Below, in pieces: positions 37,216 through 47,531 of a stretch of 64,000 bases of DNA. Numbering within the stretch: the stretch's first letter is position 1; the number at the start of each line of letters is the position of its first letter. Source of the DNA: a virus. Taxonomy: Duplodnaviria > Heunggongvirae > Uroviricota > Caudoviricetes. The DNA lies in the IMG/VR virus record IMGVR_UViG_3300032731_000668, positions 1 to 64,000 of that record; one strand, given 5' to 3'. The position numbers were made by a program, and so were the translations under genes. A model generated the notes under the pieces. That model was not told where the DNA came from. It worked only from the letters and a program-made list of their open reading frames with translations, and made no database searches.

Positions 37216-38142
37216 ATGAATTATAAAGAATATAGACCAGGCGTACACAAATTATTACGTCATTTAGGACATTTAGATTCCATTGTTAAAGGAGTCCCCG
37301 TAGCCCCAATTCATATTTCTGTTTGGCCAACCAATAAATGTCAATTAAATTGTGATTATTGTTGTTGTAGAAACACAATGCGAAATGATTCTGAGCTAGA
37401 TATCGAGCTATATAAAAAGGCATTGCTTATTTTTTCAAAATATGGGACAAAGGCTATAGAAATGTCCGGTGGGGGCGAACCTCTTTTATGGAAACATATA
37501 GACGAAGGAGTTGATTTTGCACATTCGATTGGGATGAAACAATCTTTGATAACTAATGGACTTGCCCTAGCGGATACATCCGTAGACACTTTACGCAAGT
37601 TTGAATGGATTAGGATTAGTGTTCAATCGGTAATTCATGCAAAAAAGATAGACTATGATTCCATACCAGTAAAAACCAGTTTATCATATATGGTTTCTAG
37701 TAATATTTGTTTATCTGATTTAATGGATCTACATGAATTTTCTAAAAGTATAAATATCCCAACGAGAATAGCTGTAGTTCGCCCGTGTTCAAAAGAAAGA
37801 GTAAGTGAAATAGAAAATATTGTTGACAATTTAGGGGCACCGGTTTTCTTTTCTAATAAAAAGTTAGGCAAGCCTAAAGGATGTTACATGGCATGGATAC
37901 GTGCCGCAATAGATTGGAATGGCAACTTTTTTCCGTGTCCTTCGATTCAATTAAATAAAGAGAACGAAGGATTTATTCCCGACAGTTTTATCCTATGCAA
38001 CATTAAAAATATAGAAAAGTGGATATTAAATAACTCCCCGCATGATTTAGGATATCAATGTTCATTTTGTAATTGTGGCAAAGAAGAAAATGATTTTATA
38101 CATGAATTATTGGAGGACACTATAGATGCCGATTTCGTTTAA
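37216..38142 (+). CDS. radical SAM enzyme with Cys-rich C-terminal (SPASM/twitch-like) region (308 aa)
   Basis: CQLNCDYCCC (CxxxCxxC) cluster; glycine-rich GGGEPLL; extra C-terminal cysteines. Confidence 0.8.
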   Translation: MNYKEYRPGVHKLLRHLGHLDSIVKGVPVAPIHISVWPTNKCQLNCDYCCCRNTMRNDSELDIELYKKALLIFSKYGTKAIEMSGGGEPLLWKHIDEGVDFAHSIGMKQSLITNGLALADTSVDTLRKFEWIRISVQSVIHAKKIDYDSIPVKTSLSYMVSSNICLSDLMDLHEFSKSINIPTRIAVVRPCSKERVSEIENIVDNLGAPVFFSNKKLGKPKGCYMAWIRAAIDWNGNFFPCPSIQLNKENEGFIPDSFILCNIKNIEKWILNNSPHDLGYQCSFCNCGKEENDFIHELLEDTIDADFV

Positions 38143-38773
38143 ATTAGATGGCTCTTTTTATGATGAAGACTATTTTGAAAATGGAAGAGCCACCAAAAAA
38201 AGTTGGTATACAAACTATCGTTGGTTGCCGCAAAGAAGTTTCCGAGAAGCATTCGTCTATCTTGACTATTTAAAACTAGATAAAGACAGTTATGTTTTAG
38301 ACTATGGTACAGCGAAGGGTTTTTTGGTAAGAGCTTTTCGTGAATTAGGTATAAAGGCTGATGGTTGTGATATTAGTAAATACGCACTATCATTTGCTCC
38401 AGAAGGATGTTGGAATTGCTCAGACTTATCACAGTGGAAAAATCGTAATTATTCCCACGTTGTTGTCAAAGATGTTTTTGAACACCTAAATGAAAGTCAA
38501 TTAGAAAGCACATTTGATCAATTGTCTAAAATTTCATTAAAAATGATGTGTGTTATTCCAATGGGAGATAATGGTACTTACAGAATAAAAGAATATCATA
38601 CAGATGTATCGCATCTAATTGCAGAGAATGAATCTTGGTGGCGCAATAAGTTCTATAACTCAGGATGGAAAATTATTGGAGAATCCTATTATGTCAAAGG
38701 ACTAAAAGATAACTGGATTTATATTCCTGAAGGAAATCGTGTTTTTGTGTTGGAGAACAATGATAAGAAATAG
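38126..38773 (+). CDS. class I SAM-dependent methyltransferase (215 aa)
   Basis: VLDYGTAKGFLVRAF...GCDIS motif I / post-I. Confidence 0.7.
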   Translation: MPISFKLDGSFYDEDYFENGRATKKSWYTNYRWLPQRSFREAFVYLDYLKLDKDSYVLDYGTAKGFLVRAFRELGIKADGCDISKYALSFAPEGCWNCSDLSQWKNRNYSHVVVKDVFEHLNESQLESTFDQLSKISLKMMCVIPMGDNGTYRIKEYHTDVSHLIAENESWWRNKFYNSGWKIIGESYYVKGLKDNWIYIPEGNRVFVLENNDKK

Positions 38774-39473
38774 TGAAAAAGAATTCTTTAAGTCAATTAA
38801 AAATACTTGTAAGGTTATTTTTGATATAGGTTGCAGGGAAGATATATATTATATTAAAAATAGCGAAGGTAAAGAAATTTATTTATTTGAACCAAATCTT
38901 ATCTCTTTTAATAATTGTAAGAAAGAGATAAATGCTTTTATTAAAGAATATGGCACCAACTTGAATAAAATTCGTCTATATAACTTTGGAATAGGAAATA
39001 TAAGTGAGACCAGACACTATTATGCAGACACTCAATCATTCTTTAAAAGACATCCTTATCCAAGTGTTGATTTCAAGCCTTGTGTTGCTATCATCAAGAA
39101 GTTTTCCGAGTTTTTAAAAGAGAACGACATTAAGTTTATTGATTTTTTAAAAATAGATACAGAGGGCTGCGAACCAGATATATTGTTGGACGATATTGAA
39201 TTTATAAAAACTAAAGTTCAATATATTCAGTTCGAGTGGGCGACTACATGGTTTGATAGAGATGACAATATTGCTTTTGCAGATATATTTAATGAGTATA
39301 TAAATAATTTTGAATTTTGGTTTTTATATGATGAAGACCATCCTTTATCTAGCAAATATGAAGAAATGTTATCTTCTATAATAACCCAAGAAGATTTCGA
39401 AGAATTGAATGAGAATATTTGTTTGGGGTATGGATTAGATATCGTTATGATAAAAAGAAAGAGGAATAAATGA
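38739..39473 (+). CDS. FkbM-family methyltransferase (244 aa)
   Basis: FDIGC...YLFEPN and LKIDTEGCEPDIL signature. Confidence 0.75.
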   Translation: MFLCWRTMIRNSEKEFFKSIKNTCKVIFDIGCREDIYYIKNSEGKEIYLFEPNLISFNNCKKEINAFIKEYGTNLNKIRLYNFGIGNISETRHYYADTQSFFKRHPYPSVDFKPCVAIIKKFSEFLKENDIKFIDFLKIDTEGCEPDILLDDIEFIKTKVQYIQFEWATTWFDRDDNIAFADIFNEYINNFEFWFLYDEDHPLSSKYEEMLSSIITQEDFEELNENICLGYGLDIVMIKRKRNK

Positions 39474-40315
39474 TAACTGTTGATCTTACTGGAAATATAG
39501 GTGATCATATTACAAGATATTTGCTATGCAGGACGGTTGCCGAGAAAAACAATTATGAATGGAGCATTAATAAAAAAACATCTCATGATTATTATGGTGG
39601 GCAGGAACAAATGAGTTTTTTTGATATAGATTATGGGCTTCCAAATGACACTCCTTACGGACAAATGCCTGAAGGAATAATGAATGTTTGGGAAGAAAAA
39701 TATGAACATCATGACACGTATGATTATCAACCCTATCAGCCAGATGTATTTAGCGTTCCCGACAACACAAAATTGGTAATTCGATGTGCCCATGACGCAA
39801 ATTATTATGATAAAGATAAAGTAATTGAATGGCTCAAGATTAAAGAAAATAATGCAAAAGAATATGAGATACTTTTATCAGAATTTAATGTTGATTTAAA
39901 AGATGAAAATCTTTGTGTATTAAATTGTCGTGGGGGAGAATATAGAGGTGTTCCTTCTTTATTTCTAGAAGAAAATTACTGGCGAAACGCAATCGGCAAC
40001 ATGTTAAATAAAAATTCAAAGATGAAATTTATTGTTATTACTGATGATCCAGAATATTTTAAAGACGTTTTTAATTATCCAACTTACCATTTTGATATTG
40101 GTTGTGATTATTATGTTGTTAATAATGCAAAAAACTTAATTATTTCTAACTCGGCATTTGGCATTTTTTCGACTTGGACAAACAGTAATAAACCTTATGT
40201 GATAGCGCCAAAATATTGGGCAAGACATAATGTGAGCGACGGATACTGGGCTAATAGTGATATGCAATCTTTTGGATGGAGTTTTATGGATCGGAGTGGA
40301 GATATAGATGGATAG
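39470..40315 (+). CDS. putative fucosyltransferase-like GT (GT11-like) (281 aa)
   Basis: CVLNCRGGEY resembles the HxRRGDY motif; IISNSAFGIFSTW resembles the GT11 SNSTFSWW motif; moderate. Confidence 0.55.
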   Translation: MITVDLTGNIGDHITRYLLCRTVAEKNNYEWSINKKTSHDYYGGQEQMSFFDIDYGLPNDTPYGQMPEGIMNVWEEKYEHHDTYDYQPYQPDVFSVPDNTKLVIRCAHDANYYDKDKVIEWLKIKENNAKEYEILLSEFNVDLKDENLCVLNCRGGEYRGVPSLFLEENYWRNAIGNMLNKNSKMKFIVITDDPEYFKDVFNYPTYHFDIGCDYYVVNNAKNLIISNSAFGIFSTWTNSNKPYVIAPKYWARHNVSDGYWANSDMQSFGWSFMDRSGDIDG

Positions 40316-41189
40316 AAAAGTTTACTGTTGTTTTATGTTTTTTAATGAACTTGAATTGTTAAAATTAAAGTTTGAAGAATTATATGATGCTGTTGACTAT
40401 TTCGTACTTTCGGAAAGTACAAAAACCCATAGCGGATTGGACAAACCATTATATTTTAAAGAAAACAAGCATTTATTTTCTAAATATACCGACAAAATTA
40501 TTCATCAGGTTGTTACAGATACACCCGCAAGCTTTCAGACTCTTATGAGTATGAATCCGATTAATAATTCTCATAGAAAAATAATTGACGATATAAAAAA
40601 ATCCTATTGGTTTGATAAAAAAGTAGAGGGCTATATACGAGACACATATGAAAAAGAAATGTTATTTCTACCCTTGACAAAATGTAAGGATTATGATATA
40701 ATTATTTTAGGTGATTGTGATGAGATTCCTAAAGCAAGTGCGATTAAGGAAATTCTAGGGAGTTTTGATGACAATCAGATTTATCATTTACAACATGATG
40801 TATTTTACTATTATTTAAATTTACGAAAGAATGAACCTTGGTATGGAAATATCATTCTGTCGTTTAGGAGTTTTACAATGAACTCATTTAATGAATTGCG
40901 CCACGCAAAGAGGGGAGTACTTATTGAAAATGGAGGATGGCATTTTTCCTATATGGGCGGACATGATAAGGTAAAACTTAAGATAGAGTCATTTGGTGAA
41001 CAAAGTTGTAATACAGAGAAGGTTAAAATCGAATTAAAAAATAGCATAGAAAATGCAGTAAATTTAAATAGAGATCTATATAATCGCCCGTGCAAATTTT
41101 GGATTGAAGAATTATCATATAAAACCCATCCTAAATATTTAGTTGACAACCAAGATGAATTTAAAAATTTTATTTATAAGGAGGTATAG
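40308..41189 (+). CDS. GT17-family glycosyltransferase (beta-1,4-GlcNAc-transferase-like) (293 aa)
   Basis: FMFFNELELLKLKFEEL..VDYFVLSES.KTHSG.DKPLYF matches the GT17 N-terminal signature. Confidence 0.75.
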   Translation: MDRKVYCCFMFFNELELLKLKFEELYDAVDYFVLSESTKTHSGLDKPLYFKENKHLFSKYTDKIIHQVVTDTPASFQTLMSMNPINNSHRKIIDDIKKSYWFDKKVEGYIRDTYEKEMLFLPLTKCKDYDIIILGDCDEIPKASAIKEILGSFDDNQIYHLQHDVFYYYLNLRKNEPWYGNIILSFRSFTMNSFNELRHAKRGVLIENGGWHFSYMGGHDKVKLKIESFGEQSCNTEKVKIELKNSIENAVNLNRDLYNRPCKFWIEELSYKTHPKYLVDNQDEFKNFIYKEV

Positions 41190-41831
41190 TTGAAATTCAC
41201 CGAACTATTCCCACTGATAACTTATATCAACTTAGATTCTCGTCAAGATAGAGATAGATTAGCCAAAAAAGAATTTGAAAAATTGGCTATAGATCCGACA
41301 AGAGTATCTGGAACAGTGATAAGAGCTACAGACAACCCTATGTGGAATGGAGTTTTAGGATGTACCTTATCCCATATCAGATGTTTAGAAATGGCATTGG
41401 AACAGAGACAAAACATATTTATTTTTGAAGATGATATAAAACTTGTTGATGACAGTTTTCAGGATATAGATAAGTGTTTCGATGAAATAAATAAAATAGA
41501 TTGGGACATGCTATATCTTGGAGGCAATGTCCTTAAACCAATATATCAAAAAACTGAACATGTTGGAAAACTCACCCATTGCCAAAGCACAGTAGCATAC
41601 GGAGTCAACAAAAATTTTTTAAAAAAACTAATATCATATATTCCAAGAAACAATATAATCCCGATCGATCTTGTCTATACAAATAAAGTAATTCCGAACA
41701 ATAATTGTTTTATCAGTATCCCTATGACTATAGTTCAAAGAGATTCTTTTAGCGATATAGAGGGAAAACAAGTACAGTATGAATCGTATCTTCAAAAAAG
41801 ATATAACAAAAATCTAATTTATTTAAAATAA
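41190..41831 (+). CDS. GT25-family (LPS/Lic2B-like) glycosyltransferase (213 aa, TTG start)
   Basis: ITYINLDSRQDRD...GVLGCTLSHIRCLE...IFIFEDDIKL. Confidence 0.65.
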   Translation: MKFTELFPLITYINLDSRQDRDRLAKKEFEKLAIDPTRVSGTVIRATDNPMWNGVLGCTLSHIRCLEMALEQRQNIFIFEDDIKLVDDSFQDIDKCFDEINKIDWDMLYLGGNVLKPIYQKTEHVGKLTHCQSTVAYGVNKNFLKKLISYIPRNNIIPIDLVYTNKVIPNNNCFISIPMTIVQRDSFSDIEGKQVQYESYLQKRYNKNLIYLK

Positions 41832-41846
41832 GGAGTATACTAATAT

Positions 41847-42713
41847 ATGAAAATTTATGATTGTTTCGGGTTTTTTAACGAACTAGATCTTCTAGAACTA
41901 CGTCTAGAAATGATGGCGCCTATAGTAGATCATTTTGTTATTACTGAATATACCATTACATATAAAGGAGACCCTAAGCCCCTATATTATAATGAAAATA
42001 AAGAAAGATATAAGAAATTTGAAGGTAAAATTATCCATCAAGTTATTGACGATGTTCCGATGGATTATGTTAATCTATCGTTAGATATGGGGAAAGACGA
42101 ACTACATACGCAAGTAATTGATCGTGTTATGAAAATGACTCATTTCCCCAAGACCCATGTTCCTTATGGAATCAATAGTTATGGAAAAGAATGTGTAATT
42201 AGAGCGCTGGGCGAATGTGCTGACGGAGATATTATAATGTATTCTGACTTGGACGAAATTCCGAACAACGTTACAGTGCAACAGATTATTGAAAATTTTG
42301 ATCACAGAAATATATATAATTTACGCCAAAAAATGTATTATTATTATATGAATTGTGAAAAAAATGAAATGTGGAATGGGGGATGGCTTATGGACTGGCA
42401 TAATTTTAACAAAATACCTGTCTCCGAGCAAAAGGTTAAACGCTATGGGGAATTTGTATACAATGGGGGTTGGCATTTTGGATTCTTGGGAGGGTCAGAA
42501 GGAATAAGAGCAAAGATGATGACGTGTGATGAGCCTTCATTTAATATCCCCGAACTTTTGAAAAATATTGAATATAGAGTTGAAAATTGTCAAACATGCG
42601 GAGTAGATATTTACAATAGAAGTGCAAAGTTTAATTTTGTTAGTGTGGAAGAAATGCCACAGTATGTTCAGGACAATTATGAAAAATATGAAAAATACTT
42701 TCGGTTCAAATAA
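41847..42713 (+). CDS. GT17-family glycosyltransferase, paralog (288 aa)
   Basis: YDCFGFFNELDLLELRLEMM..VDHFVITEY.ITYKGDPKPLYY. Confidence 0.75.
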   Translation: MKIYDCFGFFNELDLLELRLEMMAPIVDHFVITEYTITYKGDPKPLYYNENKERYKKFEGKIIHQVIDDVPMDYVNLSLDMGKDELHTQVIDRVMKMTHFPKTHVPYGINSYGKECVIRALGECADGDIIMYSDLDEIPNNVTVQQIIENFDHRNIYNLRQKMYYYYMNCEKNEMWNGGWLMDWHNFNKIPVSEQKVKRYGEFVYNGGWHFGFLGGSEGIRAKMMTCDEPSFNIPELLKNIEYRVENCQTCGVDIYNRSAKFNFVSVEEMPQYVQDNYEKYEKYFRFK

Positions 42714-42737
42714 AAAATCATTGAGGAGTATATTATA

Positions 42738-43718
42738 GTGTTATTACCAGATTATATTAGAAAAGTTTTCGTTACAGGAGGAGCGGGATTTATTGGAAGC
42801 CATGTTGTAGATATGTTGCTAGAAGGAGGGTATCAAGTTACTGCATTTGATAATCTATCCACCGGTAAAAAATGCTGGATTGAGCAACATCTTGATAACG
42901 ATAATTTTCAATTTATACAAGCTGAATTACTAAGTTTGGATGACGTAAAAAATTCAATGCAGGGAAGCGATTTGGTTTGGCACTTAGCCGCCAATACAAA
43001 TATCCCAATAGGTTTTACAAAGACTGACATTGATCTAAAAAGCAATGTAATTGGCACCTATAACGTATTAGAATCTATGCGCTTAAATAATATTCAGCCT
43101 ATACTATTCTCATCAACTGGAGCGATATATGGCGACTTATGCAAAAAGAATTCCGTGACGGAAAATGTTGGACCAATTTTGCCAGTATCTTTATATGGAG
43201 GTAGCAAATTAGGATGTGAAGGGTTTATTGCCGCATATTGTAGTCTATTTAATCTAAGGGCATGGATGTTTAGATTTGGGAATGTTGTTGGTGGTCGTAT
43301 GAAGCGCGGGGCGATTTATGATTTTATTAAGAAGTTAAATACAAACTCCGCAGAACTAGAAATATTGGGAGACGGTAAACAAGAAAAGAATTATTTTCTT
43401 GTAGAAGAATGTATTGATGGAATGATCTATGCGTTAAAAAACGCTAAACTTACTGATGAAAATCCTTGTGATATTTTTAATTTAGGAGCTGATTCGACCA
43501 CAAGAGTCACTACAATAGCCCAACTAGTTATTGAAGGAATGAAGTTAAAAAATGTGGGTACCTATTTTACGGGCGGTGAAAAGGGATGGGAGGGTGATCA
43601 ACCCCAAGTCCATATACTTTCTAATAAAATGCATGGTTTAGGCTGGCAGACAAAACATACTTCAAATGAGGCCGTAAGAATAGCCATAAAAAGGTTGTTA
43701 AAAGAATATGAAAAATAA
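42738..43718 (+). CDS. NAD-dependent sugar epimerase/dehydratase (GalE/SDR family) (326 aa, GTG start)
   Basis: VTGGAGFIGSHV Rossmann motif and YGGSKLGCE (YxxxK). Confidence 0.85.
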   Translation: MLLPDYIRKVFVTGGAGFIGSHVVDMLLEGGYQVTAFDNLSTGKKCWIEQHLDNDNFQFIQAELLSLDDVKNSMQGSDLVWHLAANTNIPIGFTKTDIDLKSNVIGTYNVLESMRLNNIQPILFSSTGAIYGDLCKKNSVTENVGPILPVSLYGGSKLGCEGFIAAYCSLFNLRAWMFRFGNVVGGRMKRGAIYDFIKKLNTNSAELEILGDGKQEKNYFLVEECIDGMIYALKNAKLTDENPCDIFNLGADSTTRVTTIAQLVIEGMKLKNVGTYFTGGEKGWEGDQPQVHILSNKMHGLGWQTKHTSNEAVRIAIKRLLKEYEK

Positions 43719-44544
43719 AACAATAGCGGTAATATTTAGCAAAAATAGAGCAATGCAATTAGATTGTTGCCTAAAAACTTTTTATAGGGAATGCCTAGAT
43801 GCAGATAAGATCAATGTATTTATCTTATACACTACAACAAACAAAAATCATGAAAGAGCATATGACATTCTTGAACAAGAATATCCTGACGTAAGTTTCA
43901 TTAAAGAAAGTAATTTCAAAGAAGATTTATTAGAAATTACATCAGGGAATGTTCACCTCTTATTCATTGTTGACGACACCATCTTTATCGATGAATTTTA
44001 TATTGCCGATATGACCGACTCTCTTGCATATCGCCACAACAAATATACTTTGGGTGTGAGTCTGCGTCTTGGTACAAACACCACATACTGTTATCCCCTA
44101 AGCAAAACTCAACAAATTCCTAAACTAATAAATGGGTGGTATGGACTTCAAAAATTTGACTGGACGAAAGCAGAGTACGATTTTAATTATCCACTAGAAT
44201 TGTCATCTAGCCTTTATAGATATAATGACTTAAAATTTATTTTGGAACAAACCTATTATAATAATCCAAATGAATTAGAATATTTATTAAGTATTAATTC
44301 GGTGGTTGTAAAAAAGGATTATTTATTATGTTATGAAAATTCTATGGCATTTTCTAATCCGCTTAACAAAGTTCAAAATACGAATAACAATAAATTCGCA
44401 ATTGAATCAATACATACCCCAGAATTTCTTTTATCAATGTTTCTAGATGAATTCAGAATAGAAACAACTATGTTTGAAGAATTTATGCCTTCGGGATGCC
44501 ACGAAGAAATAGAATTCTTATTTATAAAGGAGAAAAATGACTAA
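43708..44544 (+). CDS. hypothetical protein, possible GT-A fold (278 aa)
   Basis: ORF overlapping the previous stop; weak glycosyltransferase-like N-terminus. Confidence 0.5.
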   Translation: MKNKTIAVIFSKNRAMQLDCCLKTFYRECLDADKINVFILYTTTNKNHERAYDILEQEYPDVSFIKESNFKEDLLEITSGNVHLLFIVDDTIFIDEFYIADMTDSLAYRHNKYTLGVSLRLGTNTTYCYPLSKTQQIPKLINGWYGLQKFDWTKAEYDFNYPLELSSSLYRYNDLKFILEQTYYNNPNELEYLLSINSVVVKKDYLLCYENSMAFSNPLNKVQNTNNNKFAIESIHTPEFLLSMFLDEFRIETTMFEEFMPSGCHEEIEFLFIKEKND

Positions 44545-44983
44545 AAACTCTATATCAATCATTCTTGCTGTTCATAATCAAGAAAAACTTATTGGAGATG
44601 TTATAAAGGGAATTTTTAATAACATGTCAAACAATGTAATAGATATGTTTGTAATTCTTGAGGACTGTACAGATAATTCTGAAAATGAAATTTTAGTTGC
44701 TTTAGCAAAGCATAAAAAAGACGGTTTCTTTGATGTAAAGTTAGTGTATTCAGACTATAACAACAAATTAATAGCAAACAATATAGGATGTCAATCGTCA
44801 GAGAATGAATATTCTTTAATAGTTCCAGATAATATGATTATCGATGAGATGGATTTTGACAAAAGATTGTTGGAATCATTTGAATCAAGTAAGACCTTTA
44901 TAGAGGCTAGGGAGGGAAATATTTTGGTATTGTTGAAAAATAGTGAATTACCAGAATTGAATTTTGACGGAGTAGAACTATGA
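44537..44983 (+). CDS. short GT2-like protein (148 aa)
   Basis: ISIILAVHNQEKLIGDVIKGI GT2-like start. Confidence 0.5.
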   Translation: MTKNSISIILAVHNQEKLIGDVIKGIFNNMSNNVIDMFVILEDCTDNSENEILVALAKHKKDGFFDVKLVYSDYNNKLIANNIGCQSSENEYSLIVPDNMIIDEMDFDKRLLESFESSKTFIEAREGNILVLLKNSELPELNFDGVEL

Positions 44984-45759
44984 GTTTAAAAGAATTATCA
45001 AAAAAAGACATAGATAAATTTTGGGACAGTGTTGTAAAAAATGAAAGTAATAATTGTTGGGACTGGCGTGGAATTAAAGACAGGAACAACAGGGGAATAA
45101 TGTTTGCGGTGAATAAAAAAAATATTGTTTATAGTGCCGCACATATTTCATTGTTTTTGAATCGCAACATAGATGTTAGTGGTACACCGATAAGAAGATT
45201 GTGTGAAAATATGTGGTGCTGTAAGCCAGATCATTTGGTTATAAAGAAAAAAGATTTGAGTATACCTTTAGATATTGTTTTGACAAAAAAACGATTAAGA
45301 AATTTTTGGGCACGAGTAAAAATAAAAGATAAAGATGAATGTTGGGAATGGCAAGGATGCAAGGATAAAAAGGGTTATGGACAAATTAATTTAAATTATA
45401 AAACTTATAGGACGCACAGATTATCCTATATGATAAAACACAATTTAAGTTATATTTCTGGCGGAATGTGTGTTTTACATAAATGCGATAATCCCGTCTG
45501 TGTTAATCCCGACCACTTATGGCTTGGCACCAATTTTGATAATGTTCAAGATCGCCATGCAAAAGGAAGAAGTAGTGCTTCTAAAGGTGAATCTAGCCAT
45601 TTTCATAAACTCAATGAGAAAACGGTAAGAAAAATTAGGCAAGATTATAAAACCGGTAATTTTACAACAAGAAAGCTTGCTGTCAAATATAATACTTCGA
45701 AATCAAATATAGGCCACATTGTTCACAATAAAACATGGAGGGACATATCAATTGAGTAA
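44980..45759 (+). CDS. HNH homing endonuclease (tandem HNH_3-like repeats) (259 aa)
   Basis: Two CWxW...C.NxxCxNPDHL modules (CKPDHLVI, CVNPDHLWLGTNFDNVQDR). Confidence 0.8.
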   Translation: MSLKELSKKDIDKFWDSVVKNESNNCWDWRGIKDRNNRGIMFAVNKKNIVYSAAHISLFLNRNIDVSGTPIRRLCENMWCCKPDHLVIKKKDLSIPLDIVLTKKRLRNFWARVKIKDKDECWEWQGCKDKKGYGQINLNYKTYRTHRLSYMIKHNLSYISGGMCVLHKCDNPVCVNPDHLWLGTNFDNVQDRHAKGRSSASKGESSHFHKLNEKTVRKIRQDYKTGNFTTRKLAVKYNTSKSNIGHIVHNKTWRDISIE

Positions 45760-46585
45760 AAGAAAACGTACAAAGTATATAAATCTTGCAGAACCATTGG
45801 TAAGTGTAATAGTTCCGATTTATAATAGATTTAATTTTTTAGTCTTAACATTACAGTCTTTAAAAAATCAATCATATGATAATATTCAAGTTGTATGTGT
45901 GAATGATGGTGGCAAAAGTGCTGAGAAATATATTAAGGATTTAAATGATCCAAGATTTGAATACTATGAACACGAGGTCAACGGTGGATTGCCGAAGGCC
46001 CGTAATACAGCCTTAAAACACGCAAAGGGTTCTTATATTTCATTATTAGATTCAGATGATATTTATATGAAATATGCAATAGAATTTAGGATGTATATGA
46101 TGAAGAAGTTAAATGCCGAAATAGTTTTTACAAGATCTTTGCAAAACATTATGGATAAAGTAAAATTGCCGAATGGACAGGAAGTGTATAAAACTATTCA
46201 CTCCCAATTGTACTGGAATTCTGGGTTTTCTCGTGATCTTCTCTTAATCCAAAATGTTTCGCCGTGTTGCAATGTTTGTTTTTCTAGAAAATCCTGGGAA
46301 GATTCGGGTTATTGGTTCGATGAAACTATGACTAGTTCAGAGGATCATGATTTTTGGTGTGCTCTGAGTAGAAAGCATGACTTTGAGCCATTAGAATTGC
46401 TTGATACAGAATGTTCGCTTCGCCGAGACGGCAGTAATATGACGGGGACAATTAACTTTGTTCCAAACTGGATTAAAATTTTTAAAAAATGGAGACATAC
46501 CGCAGAAGATTTAGACTATGTTACGGATGCCCAAAATCGTATTTTGCAATCTGTCAACATTGACCCAAAAGAATATGGACTTTAA
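45752..46585 (+). CDS. family 2 glycosyltransferase (277 aa, TTG start)
   Basis: VSVIVPIYNRFNFLVLTLQSLKNQSY...VNDGG; start moved to the TTG with a GGAGGG RBS. Confidence 0.75.
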   Translation: MSKRKRTKYINLAEPLVSVIVPIYNRFNFLVLTLQSLKNQSYDNIQVVCVNDGGKSAEKYIKDLNDPRFEYYEHEVNGGLPKARNTALKHAKGSYISLLDSDDIYMKYAIEFRMYMMKKLNAEIVFTRSLQNIMDKVKLPNGQEVYKTIHSQLYWNSGFSRDLLLIQNVSPCCNVCFSRKSWEDSGYWFDETMTSSEDHDFWCALSRKHDFEPLELLDTECSLRRDGSNMTGTINFVPNWIKIFKKWRHTAEDLDYVTDAQNRILQSVNIDPKEYGL

Positions 46586-46601
46586 GGACTTATAGAGAAA
46601 T

Positions 46602-47531
46602 ATGACACCTATGAATGACTTAAAGGGAATGAAATATGGACTATTGACGGTCTTGCATAAAGTTAGTCGTCCAAGTTGGGCAAAAAATAAAAGTATTTAT
46701 TGGTTTTGTAGATGTGATTGTGGAAAAGAATTAATTATTTCTGCGTCTCGACTGAGGAGTAAGGGAAAACGGTCGTGTGGATGTGCACGATACAATGATT
46801 TAAGTGGAAAGATATTTGGGATTTTAACAGTTCTTATGGAGTATGGAAAAGATAAGAACGGGAAAAGGCTATGGATATGCAAGTGTGAGTGCGGAAATGA
46901 AAAAGAAGTAAAAGGAAGTTCCTTAAAATCCGGGAATACAAAATCTTGCGGGTGTTTAAGTAAAAATATGTTCCTGTCTAGCGCCGAGGATTTAGTTGAA
47001 CGAAGATTTGAGAGATTGGTTGTTCTAGAGATTGTTAAGGCTAATAAAACAGGATCTCATTGGTTATGTCAATGCGATTGCGGGAATAAAAAGGTTATTG
47101 CCGCAAAAAATTTAAAGCAGGGGTATACAAAGTCTTGCGGGTGTTTAAAAAAAGAAAGAGTAAGCGCTGCCCACAGATTAGAGGTATCGGAGGCGGCATT
47201 TAATGCAGTATTTTATGAATATAAAAGCAGCGCAAAAGCAAGGGGTTTTGAATTTCTTTTAAGTAAGAATAAATTTCGTATACTGACAGAACAAAATTGT
47301 TATTATTGTGGCTGTTCGCCAAGCAATGTCAGAAAAGCACAAAACAATAATGGAAACTATATTTATAGCGGAATAGACAGGGTTGATAATTTCAAAGGAT
47401 ACACAATAAAAAATACTGTGCCTTGTTGTAAAGATTGCAATTGGGCAAAAAAAGACAAGTCTTTGGGAGAATTTAAAAATTGGGTTAAATTAATTTATAA
47501 AAATTTTATTAAAAACAAGGAGCAAGAATGA
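46602..47531 (+). CDS. HNH-type endonuclease with repeated SCGC zinc-finger-like modules (309 aa)
   Basis: Three KRSCGC/KSCGC repeats; C-terminal YYCGC...IDRVDN...CCKDCNWAK HNH-like. Confidence 0.6.
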   Translation: MTPMNDLKGMKYGLLTVLHKVSRPSWAKNKSIYWFCRCDCGKELIISASRLRSKGKRSCGCARYNDLSGKIFGILTVLMEYGKDKNGKRLWICKCECGNEKEVKGSSLKSGNTKSCGCLSKNMFLSSAEDLVERRFERLVVLEIVKANKTGSHWLCQCDCGNKKVIAAKNLKQGYTKSCGCLKKERVSAAHRLEVSEAAFNAVFYEYKSSAKARGFEFLLSKNKFRILTEQNCYYCGCSPSNVRKAQNNNGNYIYSGIDRVDNFKGYTIKNTVPCCKDCNWAKKDKSLGEFKNWVKLIYKNFIKNKEQE

